Shown here in pieces: positions 13,151-28,768 of a DNA stretch of 64,000 nucleotides. The notes under the pieces are model-generated. The model saw nothing but the letters and a program-made list of their open reading frames with translations. It made no database searches and had not been told where the DNA came from. Position 1 is the stretch's first letter; each line of letters starts with the position of its first letter. The translations under genes and the position numbers were made by a program. Location of the stretch: NCBI GenBank assembly GCA_964106915.2, contig OZ066915.1, one strand, 5' to 3'. This DNA comes from Podarcis gaigeae. Lineage: Eukaryota.

Positions 13151-14283
13151 AAAAGGCAAGAAATCTGCCTGCGTCGGATTCCAAGAGGGAATCCGACAAC
13201 TCATGGCTCTCTCACTCTGCCTCTGGCTCAAGGGTACAACAATTCAACAGTTCAATCATAACAATATAGTTAAAAATGCAACTATGGTTTAGCATTGCAT
13301 GCACAGCCTTGGGTTTGTGTTTGCCGTCTCCACTTTCCTCTAGCACAGCTTCAAGGAGAAACTAAATATTGCTTCAATTTCTAATTAATCATAGCTTAGC
13401 ATTCTGTCTGAGTCATAAACTGTGGTTAATCTTTATGATGGTTTATTGGAAGAAGCCAGCTACATAACAAGGGCTTAAAGTTGGTTCATTTGAGTATCCT
13501 ATAGTTATTTAAAATGAAATATCTCTCCCCCCACCCGTATTTCTACATGTGAAACTCTGGTTAGTTAAAAATGAAAGTTCAGTTCCTTATGGCCATATTG
13601 GATAAGGACTGAGGAGCATGTGAGTCTGCATTAGGATATTGACATATCCAAATGCAGCCTTCAAAACTGTTAGTTGCTGTTTCTCAAAGATAATTTGCCA
13701 AGTATTCATCTCAGAGCCATGGGAATTGCCCATTCAGCAATTCATCCCCAGTTATTTATTAACTTCAATAGATTTACATATATTTGTTCTCTTCTGTCTG
13801 TGTTTCTCCTTCCTTCCTTTTTGTCTTTCTCTTCTTCAGAAAGATAGTTGTTGTGTTTCTGCTGCTACCAACCTTACATCAGATCACGACACAATTATGC
13901 GTTGCATCCCACCAGTTGAAAATCAGTGTTTTACGGAAGCCTTACATAATTTTAGTACATTCTCATAATTCAGCTATAACGAATACTTTCTTATTTATAG
14001 CAGGCATGCAATATTTGTCACAGAAATGTAAGCTGCAGTGATAAAGCAGAGCTTTTCATGTGTTTTCCCCCTTTCCAATCAGCATCAAATTATCAAACTG
14101 TTCTTGCTTCCTCTTTGTGTTTAAGTTGAATTATTTTCAAAGGTCTTTGCTTTTATTTTAATATATTATGCTCATAATTTTTTCAAGCTACAGGCATTTT
14201 TTCTCCTTTATAGTCAACATACATTATTTTTTTAAAGGTCTTTGCTTTGATTTTAATATATAATGTTCTTAATTTTTTTAAAG

Positions 14284-14328
14284 CCAAAGCCAACTGAAAC
14301 TGTCACTGTCACAACTGATGAGTCTGGG
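14284..14328 (+). CDS. CACNA1D: CACNA1D cassette exon 32 (IVS3-S4 linker): PKPTETVTVTTDESG
   Basis: tttttttaaag|CCA...GGG|gtaaga, 45 nt, phase 0, 431 nt upstream of the IVS4 exon. A second in-frame AG ends at 14289. Confidence 0.85.
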
Positions 14329-14759
14329 GTAAGATTAGTAAACTGACCCCAGTGATTGATTGTACCTCTACTTGAGTTTATTCTTTTTACCATGTCTCTT
14401 TTCTCCACTGGTTTTTTCTGTATTTTTTTCATGATTGTCCTACTAGAAAGGTGTATGCAGTGATTTGGTTTTGTTGTCAATGTACCTATCAAACTTTACT
14501 ACAGACAAACCCAACGTGACCCTATTAACAAACTGGAAAACTTGGAAATGCATGCATTGTGTGAAGCATTTCTACAGGTCCTGTGTGCTAGCATGTAATT
14601 TTTCCTGTCATACCATGTTTATAAAGTGGGAAAAGACCCCAGAGACACATTTTCAAATCTTACCTCTTTCACCTCTGCATTTATTGTTGTTTTTCTTTTC
14701 CTGAAATGTTGCATGTTCTGCATTTTGCTTGATCTGATGTTTCCATCACATCCTTTTAG

Positions 14760-14888
14760 AACAATGAAGAGAGTGCTAGAATCTCCATCACCTTTTTCCG
14801 CCTTTTTCGAGTGATGCGATTGGTAAAGCTCCTCAGCAGGGGTGAAGGGATAAGAACTTTGTTGTGGACATTTATTAAGTCTTTTCAG
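14760..14888 (+). CDS. CACNA1D: CACNA1D exon 33 (IVS4 voltage sensor): [43 protein letters not shown]
   Basis: ttttag|AAC...CAG|gtaagt, 129 nt, R/K at every third residue. Confidence 0.98.
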
Positions 14889-16780
14889 GTAAGTTTAATG
14901 GTTAAACTCCTAGCTTAGCTTCTAGGGGTCAAAATACAATCATTCTGAATAGTAGTGACCCTATAGTTGTGGCCAATTAGTTATGTGAAACAACCACATA
15001 GGCAGGTGCACATCAAAAGGCAACAATTGGATGGAGATATATATTTTCTGTTGAGGACACATACACATAGAGAACACACCCAGATCCATTGCACATGATA
15101 GTGATCTATGTATCACTTAAACTGTGCACATTTATTGAGAGTACTTAATCATTTTCACAACAATTTAGCATGGCATTCCAACTGAGCCTTAAGCAAGAGT
15201 AGGGAACCTGCACCCTGCTGTTGTTATTGGACTCCAACTCCCAGTTGTCCCAGCCAGCATGGCCAACAATCAGGGATGATGGGAGTTTTAGTCCAGCAAC
15301 ATCTGAAGGAGCCACAGGTTCTCTACTCCTTGTGTACAGGGGTTAGTGACCTGGCTTAACAAGTCTCCTTTCCCCGGCTAATGATATGGCTCTCATTCCA
15401 ACAGTGCCAATTCTTCATTCCAATTGTCTGCCTTCATGTTGTTGTGTTTAAATTGTTCTTAAGCAGGTTGAAAATAAGAACTTTCTGAAACAATTAGATT
15501 TTAATCATTTTTAAAAGGCACTTGAAACATTTTGACCTTTACCATAATAGCTGCAGAAGTATTTATTAGCCATAAAGCCTAATTTTTTGTCCGTTTCATC
15601 CAATGTAAATTTCAGTGAGTTCAAACGGGCTTACTCTGAAGTAAGTGTTCAAAGGATTGACATTTTAGCATAATATATCATTGTAAGCGTTAGCTATTTA
15701 TGCATAAAATTATATCTCTCAGTCTGGCTCCACATTTAGTTTTTCTTTTTTAAAATTAAGCCCATGTCCAAATTTGGCTCTTACTGGCTCACTGAGAATT
15801 CTTGATGTGCAAGGAAACTTTAATCTGATATAACATGTTGCTACTTCAGCTTTCTAACCCCACTTGATGTTGGGTAATTGTAAAAGTGGAAACATGAAGT
15901 ATGATTGCAATCTGCCATTCACGATATGATTATGGTGTGGTACGCAAAAGGATACACAGTTGATATAATCACTAATACTTTTCACACAATAGCATCAGAG
16001 CTAGAGGTTTGTAACGTTTTTAGGAACTAGAAATGGTCGAAACTTTCCCATATGTTCTACTCAAGAAACTGGGTCATGCATTCTCATGCTTTGAAATTCA
16101 AAATGCTGGTGGTAGTTTTTAAAACAACTGGTCATTTTAAAAAGAAATTCAGTGTACAAGGGAGTGTTGTCATTGTCGTCATAACATTCCAGGGTGAATT
16201 ACAACCATTTAATAAGGCGATGTTTAATGTAATACTAGAATATTTGACTGCGGATCAAGTAGTCTATAGGTCATGTATTTTCAGGGGCTTCTTACCACTG
16301 GTCTCTGTGGTTCATTAGATCAATCTACTTGTCTGCCAATAAATGAGATACGTAGTTTAAGCCTACCTGAAGACAGCTTGCCAGCCCTTTAAGGCGGGGC
16401 ACTCATTTCTCAGAGGTTGATCACATGCCCTTTGTGGATAAGGTTCCATGTCCAATTCCCAGCATCTGTGCCATTGCAGAAACAGCACTGGTAGAGACCT
16501 TCACCTGAGACCCTTGAGAGTCACCAACAAACAGCAGATAGTGCTAGACATGTGGTGTGATTTAGTATAAAGGAGCTTTTTGTGTTCATAGCATTTTAAA
16601 TATCCACACAGTTTCAGTTCCCAAGCAGAATAGGCCAAACGTTTTCAGGGAGACTGCAGAGAGGGATAAATGATTTGAAAACTGCAATCAAATTGCATTG
16701 GTAAAATGATGCAAAATAGTTTCAAAGGATATACCAGTTTGTTTGGTTTTTAAAAATAATAATATTGTTTTTCCTTTTAG

Positions 16781-16846
16781 GCTCTGCCATATGTTGCTCT
16801 TTTGATAGCAATGTTGTTTTTCATCTATGCGGTTATCGGAATGCAG
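16781..16846 (+). CDS. CACNA1D: CACNA1D exon 34 (IVS5): ALPYVALLIAMLFFIYAVIGMQ
   Basis: ttttag|GCT...CAG|gtaatt, 66 nt. Confidence 0.98.
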
Positions 16847-18049
16847 GTAATTAAAAACCATATTTCGTCTGAAATAAAGAGGCTGTCGTTGATCAGTTTA
16901 TAATGTATAGCAACTGCCTACCTCAGCATTCCATGCATAGCTTAAATGTGTATGTGCATTCTCTAAAGCAAAGGTGAGGAGCCTTGACCCATGGGCCTAA
17001 TTTTGCCTGACATGGGCCCCAATTTGGTATGTGAGGCCATTTTCACTACCCCATCAGCACCTACCTCATGTGGTGTGGGGCAGATAGAAATGCCTAGCTC
17101 AACTGTGATCGGGTTTCCTATGGGGAACTTGAACTGGTCCCTGCAGAAAGCATGGTAGAATTCACCACCAGTCAGATGTTGGGTGGTAGGCTGAATCCTG
17201 CTGGATCAGCGGAACTCAGTTGCGAAGTCTGTTGCTGCAGAAAGCAGTTCTTGCACTGTGGTTCCCAAGGTGCTCACCAACCAGCTGTTTGTCAGGCACT
17301 GTGGAAAGTGCTGTGGAAGGGCCTTTGACAGGCATAATAATGACTTCTAGGAGTTGACAGGTGGGTTGTCCTACCTACCTGCCATAGTGTTAGGGTCAGA
17401 GAGTGATCTGGCTTGTTTGGTTCCCCAAACCCCAGAGTAGATTTTCAGGGGAGGCACATGCAGGGAAGGAGCAGAGAGGAAAGTCCTGCCTTTAAAAATG
17501 AACTCTCTAATATTTATGGAAGGAAAGTTCAGATCCAAGTCATAGTAATTTTTTTTGCAATTTACTGCTATGGCCATTAACACTAACTTAAAAGGGGCTT
17601 AGACAAATCCACATGGAGCATAGTTCTGCCAATAGTTCTCAGCCATGTTGGCTAAGTCTTACCTCTGTTTTCAGTTTGCCACCCAATCCCAGTTGCCGAG
17701 ATCAAACAATGTGGGGGGCGGCTTTTACTTTCAGGATCTGCAGGCTTCCTGGAAGCATATTGCTGACCATTGCTAGAAGCAATACGTTAGACAAAATCAG
17801 CCTTCCTTAACCTGCCGCCTTCCAGGATTGGCTGGGTACCAGCTCCCATCAATCCCAGCCATCACAGCCAATCGTCAAGCATGATGGGAGCTGTAACCCA
17901 AAATAATATGAAAGCTGTCAGGGTGGGGAAGATTGGGCTAGGTTAACCCCCACCCCCCAGGATGTTTCTTATATTCTTATCACCAGACTTGTTGGAGGAT
18001 AAAACAAAATCATATTGGATGGACATTTGTCCTTTTCTTCTTCTTTTAG

Positions 18050-18142
<93 letters not shown>

Positions 18143-19823
18143 TAGATGTTATCTGTTGTTTTGTTACAATTGACATTTGAGTTATAAAACTGGTAGACAG
18201 CAGAGGTTCTAAAATTCTTTCTTAAAGTTTCAACTAGGTACAATGTCTATTTCACAATAGTTTGAGCACATTTGAACATATTACACATAGGCATCAATTT
18301 CATGTGGAAAGCTATTTGGAGATCTAGACTTAACATGTTTAAGATTCATATACTGAAGGTCACTGTATCCACAATGTAAACTGATGGTGGCCTACCATTA
18401 GTATTGTTTGCATAGTTTTTGGTTATTATTCTTTATCTTTCTTCTTTAATCTTATTTCATTTTTCAAAATTCCTTTTTAACGTAGTTAATGCTCACTTTC
18501 CAGTGTGATAAATATGAAAAAAGGCCAGTAAGTGAACCTTGATCCAAGATTAAGTGGATCTGTTTGGTCTTCCCTACTGCTGGTGTCCCTTGAGAGCCAC
18601 TCAGTGGTACAGAGCGAAGAAGAAAGGGGCAGCCTTGTCCACTGAGGTCCCAAGATGGCTCTATTTCACCCCCTCTCCAGGATGCCTATTGGTTCTTCCT
18701 GATCTAACCTTGGCCCAAAAAGTTTCCATATCTGGAATGGATCTTTGCCCTGACAATAACCAGACTCCAGCCTTGCCTTGGTGCTGCTTTCTCTTTGCCT
18801 GTCAGGCTGTCTGTTCTTCCATACCCTTCTTCCCTTCTACTGTGTTAATTTTGCTGTCCTCCTACCTGCACGTAACACAACACACCTAGACAGTGAAATG
18901 TAAAAAAACCAACCCTGAGTATATGAGCTTGCTTTAAATTATCCCAGTGTACTAGCAAGGAAGCAGGATGTTGTAGGCACTCTTTTTAAAGCCTGCATCC
19001 TTGCAATAAGAAGAACAGGAATGCTGGCACCTTTAAAATACTGTCACATAAAACACTATTACTATGACGGAAGTTCCAAAACATTATTTATTCCAGGTTA
19101 AACATTAATCCAAAGTTATGGAAGGGAGAATGTCAGAAGGTGCTGCTCTTTCAGTCACAATAGTACGTTGACAGCAACATGCACTTGCTGGAATTTTCCA
19201 TTCCATGCATCCCTGTGTGTGAGAGGAATCCCACGCAGCGGTTTCATGTAGATGTTGCCGGTAAACAGCATGGAGGAAAAAATCAAACCCCAAGGAAGCC
19301 CACATTGAAGGCTCCACAGGGCCGAATAGTACTCCCCAAGCATCAGCCTCAGAATGACTGCTGTGGGGGTGGGCCTGCCATTGAAGGGGATGACAGTAAA
19401 GAGGGTCTCCTTTTTGACCTTTAATTGTCTGTGGCCTTTTAGAAGTGGGTGGGATGTTTTTAATGTATTTTATTCCCCTCGCCCTGGTTTTAATGTAGCC
19501 ATGTGGGTTTTTTGGTTGGTTGGTTGGTTTTAAGTGTCTTTGGGTTGCCTTGGGCAAGATAAAGTCACGTAACCAATTTAACAACAACAACCAAACAGTG
19601 GTGGACAACCTCCTTTCTGTCAAAGACCACATTCCCTGAGGGGTAATTTATGGGCAGAACCAAAGCTAATGATGGATGGAGTCAAAGACAAAAGAGCACT
19701 GGAGTAACTGATTGGGAATAAAGAGTACGCTTATTCCAATTTTCCCCATTTTAATTCCCAATCTTTTGCAGCTCTATTCAGATGCAAGCCTCATCTTACA
19801 TGATGGGATTGCTTCACATAATT

Positions 19824-20052
19824 GTAAGGTTGGAAGGGGGATCCCAAGAACTATCTAGTCCAACCCCCTTCAATGCAGGAATCACAGCAAAAGAAAGCCT
19901 TACAGATGACCATCCAAACTCTGTTTAAAAACCTCCCTGTGAAGTAAAGTCCACTACCTACTAAGGAAGCTTGTTCAAGCAGCTCTTAGTTTCAGAAAGT
20001 TTTCCCTAATGTTTTAGCAGAATCTCCTCTCTTGTAATTTGAAATCACTGGT
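19824..20052 (-). mobile_element. CR1 LINE 3' fragment
   Basis: gttggaaggg...atctagtccaacccc...aatgcaggaatc, similar to the copy at 52794-52946. Confidence 0.7.
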
Positions 20053-20208
20053 TCCACTGATTACGCTCAAATAAACATACAAAACTAGTAATAATAAGAA
20101 TAATGCATATGGGTTTTTGGTACTATAATACCAATATAGCAACTGCCCTAGAAAGCAAGTGAAAGTAAATCCTTTCTAACATTAGTGAAAGATATATATG
20201 CATTCATG

Positions 20209-20214
20209 CATACA

Positions 20215-20244
<30 letters not shown>
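20209..20244. repeat. (CATA)n microsatellite
   Basis: Direct reading. Confidence 0.95.
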
Positions 20245-20245
<1 letters not shown>

Positions 20246-20700
20246 TTGCATACATGGCAGAAGCTTACCAATTTGTTCTCAGATAGTGTCTTTAAAAGCA
20301 TTTGTTTATTTTTATCAAATAAATTATTGCCCTTCCAGTTGTACATAGAAAGTGGGGACATTTTTAACAGCTAGGAAAATAAGAAGTGTATTCAGAGGGA
20401 GGGAGGGTCAGTTGCCTTTGTCCTCAGGTAGCAAAAGCCTTGGGGTGGCCCTGTGCTAAGACAGCCCGTGACATGGATGCACTATATGCATCAATCCAAG
20501 GAGATGAGAGGTTGCTGGGATAGGGTGATGGGACTGCATGCTCAACCTTCTAGTGCTCTTATACATACATGAACCCTCTACACTGTGCAGTCCTGTGACA
20601 CGTCTGGAGCCCTTGTTAACAAATTAAAACAACAACAGTATCATTCTAATTGAAATAATACAATTTGGTTCATTTTGTCATGCTTTATTCCAAATTAAAG

Positions 20701-20860
20701 GTGTGCAACAGGAGAGGCTTGGCAGGAGATCATGTTGGCCTGCATGCCAGGAAAGCGATGTGATCCAGAGTCTGATTTTAACCCAGGAGAAGAATTCACA
20801 TGTGGAAGCAATTTTGCCATTATTTATTTCATCAGTTTCTATATGTTGTGTGCTTTTTTG
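20701..20860 (+). CDS. CACNA1D: CACNA1D exon 36 (IV selectivity filter and IVS6 start): [53 protein letters not shown]
   Basis: aag|G TGT...TTG|gtgagt, 160 nt, includes the TGEAW filter glutamate. Confidence 0.98.
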
Positions 20861-21001
20861 GTGAGTCCAGCAGCTGGAGCATCCTTAAGCACTATGATTG
20901 AATACGACCCTAGACCCCTGGAACACGTGGTGGTGGTGGTGGTGGTGAGAGGAGATTGCTCCATTTGGCAAGCATGACATTTAATTCCTGACTATAATTT
21001 G

Positions 21002-21002
<1 letters not shown>

Positions 21003-21035
<33 letters not shown>
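21003..21035. repeat. (TG)n microsatellite
   Basis: Direct reading. Confidence 0.95.
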
Positions 21036-21040
<5 letters not shown>

Positions 21041-21179
21041 AAATTTTTATTCACACACATTGAATCCCTATCTATAATTTGATATATATATTTAAAATTT
21101 TCATACACATTTCTGTGCACACACATTCCAGGATAATATTAATAATTTGCATTTTTCATATGAATATAAATGTAATTAA

Positions 21180-21332
<153 letters not shown>

Positions 21333-21340
21333 TAAGTTAG

Positions 21341-21649
<309 letters not shown>

Positions 21650-22643
21650 TGAATTATTGCCACAGGCTCCTTTCAATCTAATGAAAACCAGAACTTCCTG
21701 TTCTTTGTCTTGACTCACTGATTTAGAACAAAATGTGGCTGTGAGTGGTAGCAGCAAAGCTATATTGTCATTCCTTGTTCGCCAGCTTTGACGAGGAAGT
21801 AAACAATCCCCATCTGTACCTGTCTAGCCGAAGCTATGCTATGCATGTAGAACCCTCCAACATATTTTCATGAATAATGGTGCCTGCTGCTGCTTCTTGG
21901 AGGAATGCAGCATACGGCATACATTTGTTTATGATGCCATTAAGTTTCTGTATAATATTTGTCTTGTTGTAATGGGCTGGTTCAGATACAATGCCACACA
22001 GTGGTTTGGTGCTACATCAAGCTGTCGTGCTTCAGCAGCTAAAAACAAAAAAATTGCCTTACTGAGTCAGTTCAGAAGTCCTTGCAGAGTGGAATTCTGC
22101 CACCAGCTAAGACAAGACAAATGTCCTTCAACTGCCCACAAGGAGGACATGATGAAGAGAACTAGCACCCTTTGGTTTAACCCAGAATCTGTTAAATAAG
22201 ATGGTTTTGGAACAAGCAAGGTAAATAGGACCTGCATTATTAGATGGGGCTACTTGGAACAAGACTTACAATGTAAGCATGGGCATTTCAGATCAAAGGA
22301 TCCAGAGTCATCTATGTGAAGTCACCTTTTTATCTTTACTCCAGACCCAAATACTTGTATTTTGGGCAGTTTGGTAATAGGTAAGCGTGTAGGCCAAAGG
22401 TATCCTGCCAAAATTTATTAGAGTACATTGAGAGTTCATTGATTTTGATGAAAGAGTTGAAAAGGAATCACCAAAGTTTAAAGCAATGGGACTTGCTTAA
22501 TGTTGGCTGTATTGTGCCACATTTCCCCCAAATATTCATGCCAAGTATTAAATGTGTAAAACCATAGGATATACCAGCTATTTTAACATTCTAGTTTTTG
22601 TGGTTACACATATACCACATAATGTCTAGTGACTCAGCCATAG

Positions 22644-23231
<588 letters not shown>

Positions 23232-24204
23232 TACCTGGTGACCACCCAGTTAAGATTTTCCAAACATGAAAAATTGTACAAACAGTTCTTCTAAGTGTTC
23301 CCAGGTGAGTTACTTGCCATATATCCCAGGCTTGTGTGTGTGTGGGGGGGGTATTTTCCTTTGCTGTCAAAAGCATTATAAGGGAAACCTGCCTTGGACT
23401 GTCAAAATTATCTTGTTGCTTCTCCTCAGATGTATAAGATATATTATTAGCCCCTAACTATACAGTACTGCTGAGTGCATTTGTGTACCATCCATCTTGT
23501 CTGGGTTCTACATTTTTTGTGCAAATGTAAACTTTCTTTACAGAAGTGGGACATCTGTCTTTCTCAATCTTTAAGCACCGTTAGGTCAGTAATTCTGATG
23601 AGGGTCATTCTTTCAGCACATTGGCTTTTCCTTCATCACATACAGTGAAATAATTTTCAGAGAAAATTTTACACTTGGTGAAACATTGCCAACTGAATTT
23701 GGAGTTTCCAGATGACTTTCTGAATCTACACTCTACTTTTCCTGAGAAATAGGAAAATTTTCTATTTCCACCTACAAAATTTTCTGAAACAAAAGGAGAG
23801 GGTTTTGGGGAAAGGAGGGCTTTCATGTAAACCCACATTTGTATCCTTTTCTGCATGCTGTTCATCCCCTGTTCACATTTGCCCCTAAATCTGTTCACGC
23901 CACCCTCAATCCCAGGGGATTGGGGGAACCTACAGAGCAGATCACTTCTTCTGAGGAGTGAAGGAGAAGGTTGGGAAGTTCCACTGTGCTCACAGAATAT
24001 CAGAAGAACAAATCATAAAGGCACTGTCTTCACTCTGAATATACTTCCTGATGTGGCCAATAAAAGTTTGTGATGTGATGACATCACAAAGGAAAGTTAT
24101 AGTGAGGGTAATCTTCCTTACCTCACTACAGATGTTTTCTCCCCAGTGAATGCTTGTCATAGGATGTTTTTGGGAGCCCTTGTCTCCATTTTAGCACAGC
24201 GTGA

Positions 24205-24420
<216 letters not shown>

Positions 24421-25743
24421 TAGTGAGATGATCTCATCCATTTGTACATTTTCAATGCTTCCATGTTGATAGAATTGTGGAAAAAATACCATGGCACTAA
24501 AATCAGAATAATAGCGTTCATTACATGATAAATTATAAAATGCAAAAGCATTCATTAAATATTTTAGATGCTTATTTGCTAATTAATGTTGGGAAAATGT
24601 ATCTCTATTAAATAGAAATATAAACATTTATTTTAGGAAGATAACATTTGAGAAAATTCTAAATATTATGATAGTAAATAATTTATTTATGTGTAAACAT
24701 TTCAGTTTACAGGTTTCAATATAATGTACTGCTAAATTAATAGAGCCTATGTTCTGCTCTTATTTTTTTATTGAACATCCTTTTTGATTATGCTATCTGC
24801 AGGTAATGAAGTTAGTCCAAATTTGCACTAGGTCAGTGGACAATTGTGTGCCATTTTTTATAATGTATATATATATATAGAAAGAGAGAGAGAGAGAACT
24901 TTTTATAGTAAACAGTGAATATAGACTAAATATAGCCCATTTTCCTCCTCCAAAACCCCCCAAAACAGTTAAATATAACCAAGTTAATCAGGATGTACAG
25001 GGTACAGAATTAGTCTTCTGATTTTAATATATAAGCTAGAACTAACTAGGTAAGCTATTATTAATTGTCATAAGACAGCATAGCCAAGATTTTATAATAT
25101 GCAATTCTATATATGAAACATATACACCAAGATATATTTCTCTTCAGTATAAAATAATGATGAACTTTTGATTGTAAGTGATGTTTTGACTTGCTTTTCA
25201 TGTTTTAGAAGTGCAGAATCTGTTGCATAATGCAATCCATATCAGTCCTATCCCAGACATCCAAGAGACCGATCCATTTCAGTTCATTATGTGGCTTCTT
25301 TTATAGCTTACTGTACTTTTATAGTGCTAACCCAGCTTTCAATATGGTTTTGGCTCAGGTATGGAAGTGACCCTAAGTTCACTTCGAGTGGTAGAAGCTG
25401 ATCTCTCTCTGAAGGTGACATTCTCAGTCTCTAGGGGAAAGAGAGCAATACTGGCTGTCCAACTCTTCAGCATGGCGCAAGAAGGAGTATTTGCTTTGTT
25501 GCTGGAAGAGCCACTTGCAACTGGCAGCTCAGACTACAGATGGGATGATGTCAAATCATATCTAGGGAAACCGAGCTGTCAAGAGAAAACCGATACTGCA
25601 CATTTAAAACTACTCTGCTCTTTTCTAACCTTACACCTGAGTGCTTGCATGGCCTAGATTAATTGCTTTGTTATTGTTGTAACTATGTGCTTGAGCTTTT
25701 TCTGCAGCCTCTATTCCTTTCAACTATCAGTCTTTTCAGAATA

Positions 25744-25794
25744 TTCTGAAGCAATTCTGTTTTAGGGTGGTGGCATGGAATTAGTGTTGCCTCG
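25744..25794 (+). promoter_or_regulatory. Candidate editing-site complementary sequence (ECS) for A-to-I editing of the IQ-domain exon
   Basis: 25744-25782 pairs ungapped with 28638-28676 (28 Watson-Crick, 7 G-U, 4 mismatches). 25786-25794 pairs with 28621-28629. Confidence 0.85.
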
Positions 25795-28573
25795 GGTCAA
25801 CTTGATTCCCCTTCTTTTTATTGAAATACAGACACATGCTTCAGAATAGCGAGCCGTGCCTTCCTAAATTAAGCACATGGAGAGCATTTGTTGAGTGTGC
25901 ATCTAGAGAATAAACCATAATACATTTTCCTCTACAGAGTGCAATTAAAGGTTCAGCTCCATTTCATTGCTGCTTTCAAAGTGAATATTGATTTTCCATT
26001 TGCATAGACAACAAAGTACAGTGAACTTGTCTAGAGAAAAAGAATAGATAATGCCACTAAAATGCAGAAAACAGAACACTGCCAAAGAGGAAGTCTTTCA
26101 CAGCTTTAGGCAAATTGACGTGAAAAGGGAATAGACATCTTTGCAACTATTCATGCCTGGAAGTTGACATACAGGAAAACATACATGGAAATGTAATGTT
26201 TCATTAAAAACACAAGATAGGAAAGCTGCAAAGTAAACAACAATGTGAAGAAGACTTTAAGAATTTTGGTTAGTAGGAGAAGTGTAAATACTCCTAAATA
26301 AATAAATAAAATTTATTTAATTTTTAATGTATTGCAAAGGTTCCAGGATTATAAAGAAATGCATTATATAAACCAAGGTTTTTTCACAAACTTACATGAT
26401 AGGTCAGATTCCTGCATTCACTTAAGTATTATCTTTCAAACAGGATGTTATAGTTAAGAAAAAGCCAAATCCCTGTTTTTTTGTGATAAGTAGACTTAAT
26501 AAAGGAATATTGAATCTAGCAAGATTAATCATTGCTGACCGTAAAACCATTTCCTTAATTTACTCATAATTGCCAAGAGGTTTAAAATGTCAAATTACTT
26601 GCAAATCCTCAGGTTCAGTTTAACACTGATTAATTAACACTTCTAATATATGATGGAAACAGGAAGAAAAGTCACTTAAGTACAGATTCCTTTCTTTTAC
26701 CCCAAGGTTTTATCTAAATTCCCCATTCTTTAATCTTCAGAGGCCACTGAAGCCCATCTGCCACCCTCCTGTCTTCTCCCCAAACTTGTTTTGCTGAAAT
26801 TCGTTCCCTTAGGGTTTTTCTTTTACGTTTATTTCCACTCTGTTTAAAGTATGATCACTTCTGCTCCACGGCTTTCCTTCACATATCTAGTTATGTTTGT
26901 CTTTCTCAAAAGTCTGGACAAATTTTGTACCCATGGCTGTCCATGAAATATATTGTGGGTATGTCCCTTTTGCACCTAGCTTTTTAACTACATCCAGGAA
27001 CTTGCAAACAAAGCTGCTTTGCAGATGTGAATTGTGTGTATGCCCACATTTCACATGCATATATGGTGCAACCCCCACCCCAACTTATGGTACAGATAAC
27101 TCACATCTTACGCTTATTTAACTTACAAGATTGCAGCTTTGGCTAACAAAAAAGCTTGTTGGTCTTCCCTCCCAGCTTTTAAGACTTGATCCTGAGTACT
27201 GAAGCCCCTAAACTTGCATTGTAATCAATGGAGGTTTATAGACCATGTATCCTTTAATAAGGCATTTGTTACATGGTGAGAGCAGTCTCAATGATGCTAT
27301 TTAAGAGTCGGAATGGAACAGACAGGGCTCCCAACCAAACTACTTCAAGTCTTTTTGTTTCCTGTTTTCTTTCATAAGATATCCTTTAACATCTTCTAAC
27401 ATAACACATACCATGCCAAATCCTATCATGCCCTACCTGTTCTGGTATATGGTCAATTTCAGGGTTTATTGTTTAAAGCTATCTACAATTGAATAATTCA
27501 GAATTGCAGATAATGTAAATGAATTAGTTTTGACACAGAGACCTCTTTTAAATATAAAATCCATAGTTGATACACATAGGTAATTGAAACTGACATTTTA
27601 AAAACATATATTCCAGTGAAGTGCTGTGCCATTGCATATATCCTTATCTGGCATTAAGTCTCTTTCAATCCAGGTGGGCTTATTTCTGAGTAGATATATA
27701 TAGGATTGCACTACCCACAGCTTTTTCCTCCTCCCTCCTTAAACCAGTACAAAATACAAGGAAAAGAAACACAGTGTTCTGTTTTGGAACTGTTCTAATA
27801 AAAGGAAACTACTAAAAGATATTTCACTAAATTGCCAATAATAGCAAATGTAGTCCGATAATTAACAATGTCTGCTCATCGTGCTTTGTCTTTTTTAAAT
27901 AACCTAGCAGTATTAATACTGTCAGATAAATGTAAAAGCTAATGCATGCTGGAAAGCATCTGCTGGAAACACTTAGTCTTGATATGAGCACTTCACAATT
28001 TACCTGCCTTATTAATGATCTTACGTTCTATCTTTGCTGTTATTTTGGAACAAATTACTGCCAAAAGAGAGTATTTGCCCCCAAACTCTGGTTTCTAATG
28101 CCTGATATTTTACTTAATATGAATATTGCCTGCTAGGTGTTCATGGAGTGAGATAATTTATATGCCACTTTAATAGGTCAGACAGAAACAATAATAATTA
28201 GATATATATGAATTCACTATGGTGATAATTTACTTGAAAGGCAGCAAATATGAAAAGGCCCTCCTATTATAGTTTTTATAACACTCTGGTTCAAACTGAT
28301 CAAAGTTTGCATTTTCAGAGTCATGTAGACATTTGCATTTTAAAAGATAATCTTACCTCTTTGAACTTTAATAAATTAGCATCTTTTCCTTTCTTAGGAA
28401 ATAGTTCACCTATCAACTGCTTCTACTGCCTAGTCTTGTTTGCCTGCTAAAACTGCTTTATGCTAGATTTAGTCTGCCTTATTATCAGCAGCAGCAACAA
28501 CAAAAACCCTTGTGCCATTGGCACTGTCACATTTTTTCCTGATTTGGATAAGAGTTTATATTGGTACTAATGA

Positions 28574-28768
<195 letters not shown>

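Noticed and set aside
19105-19632. 175-aa minus-strand ORF
   Set aside because: No recognisable domain, low-complexity and repeat-like segments, antisense within an intron.
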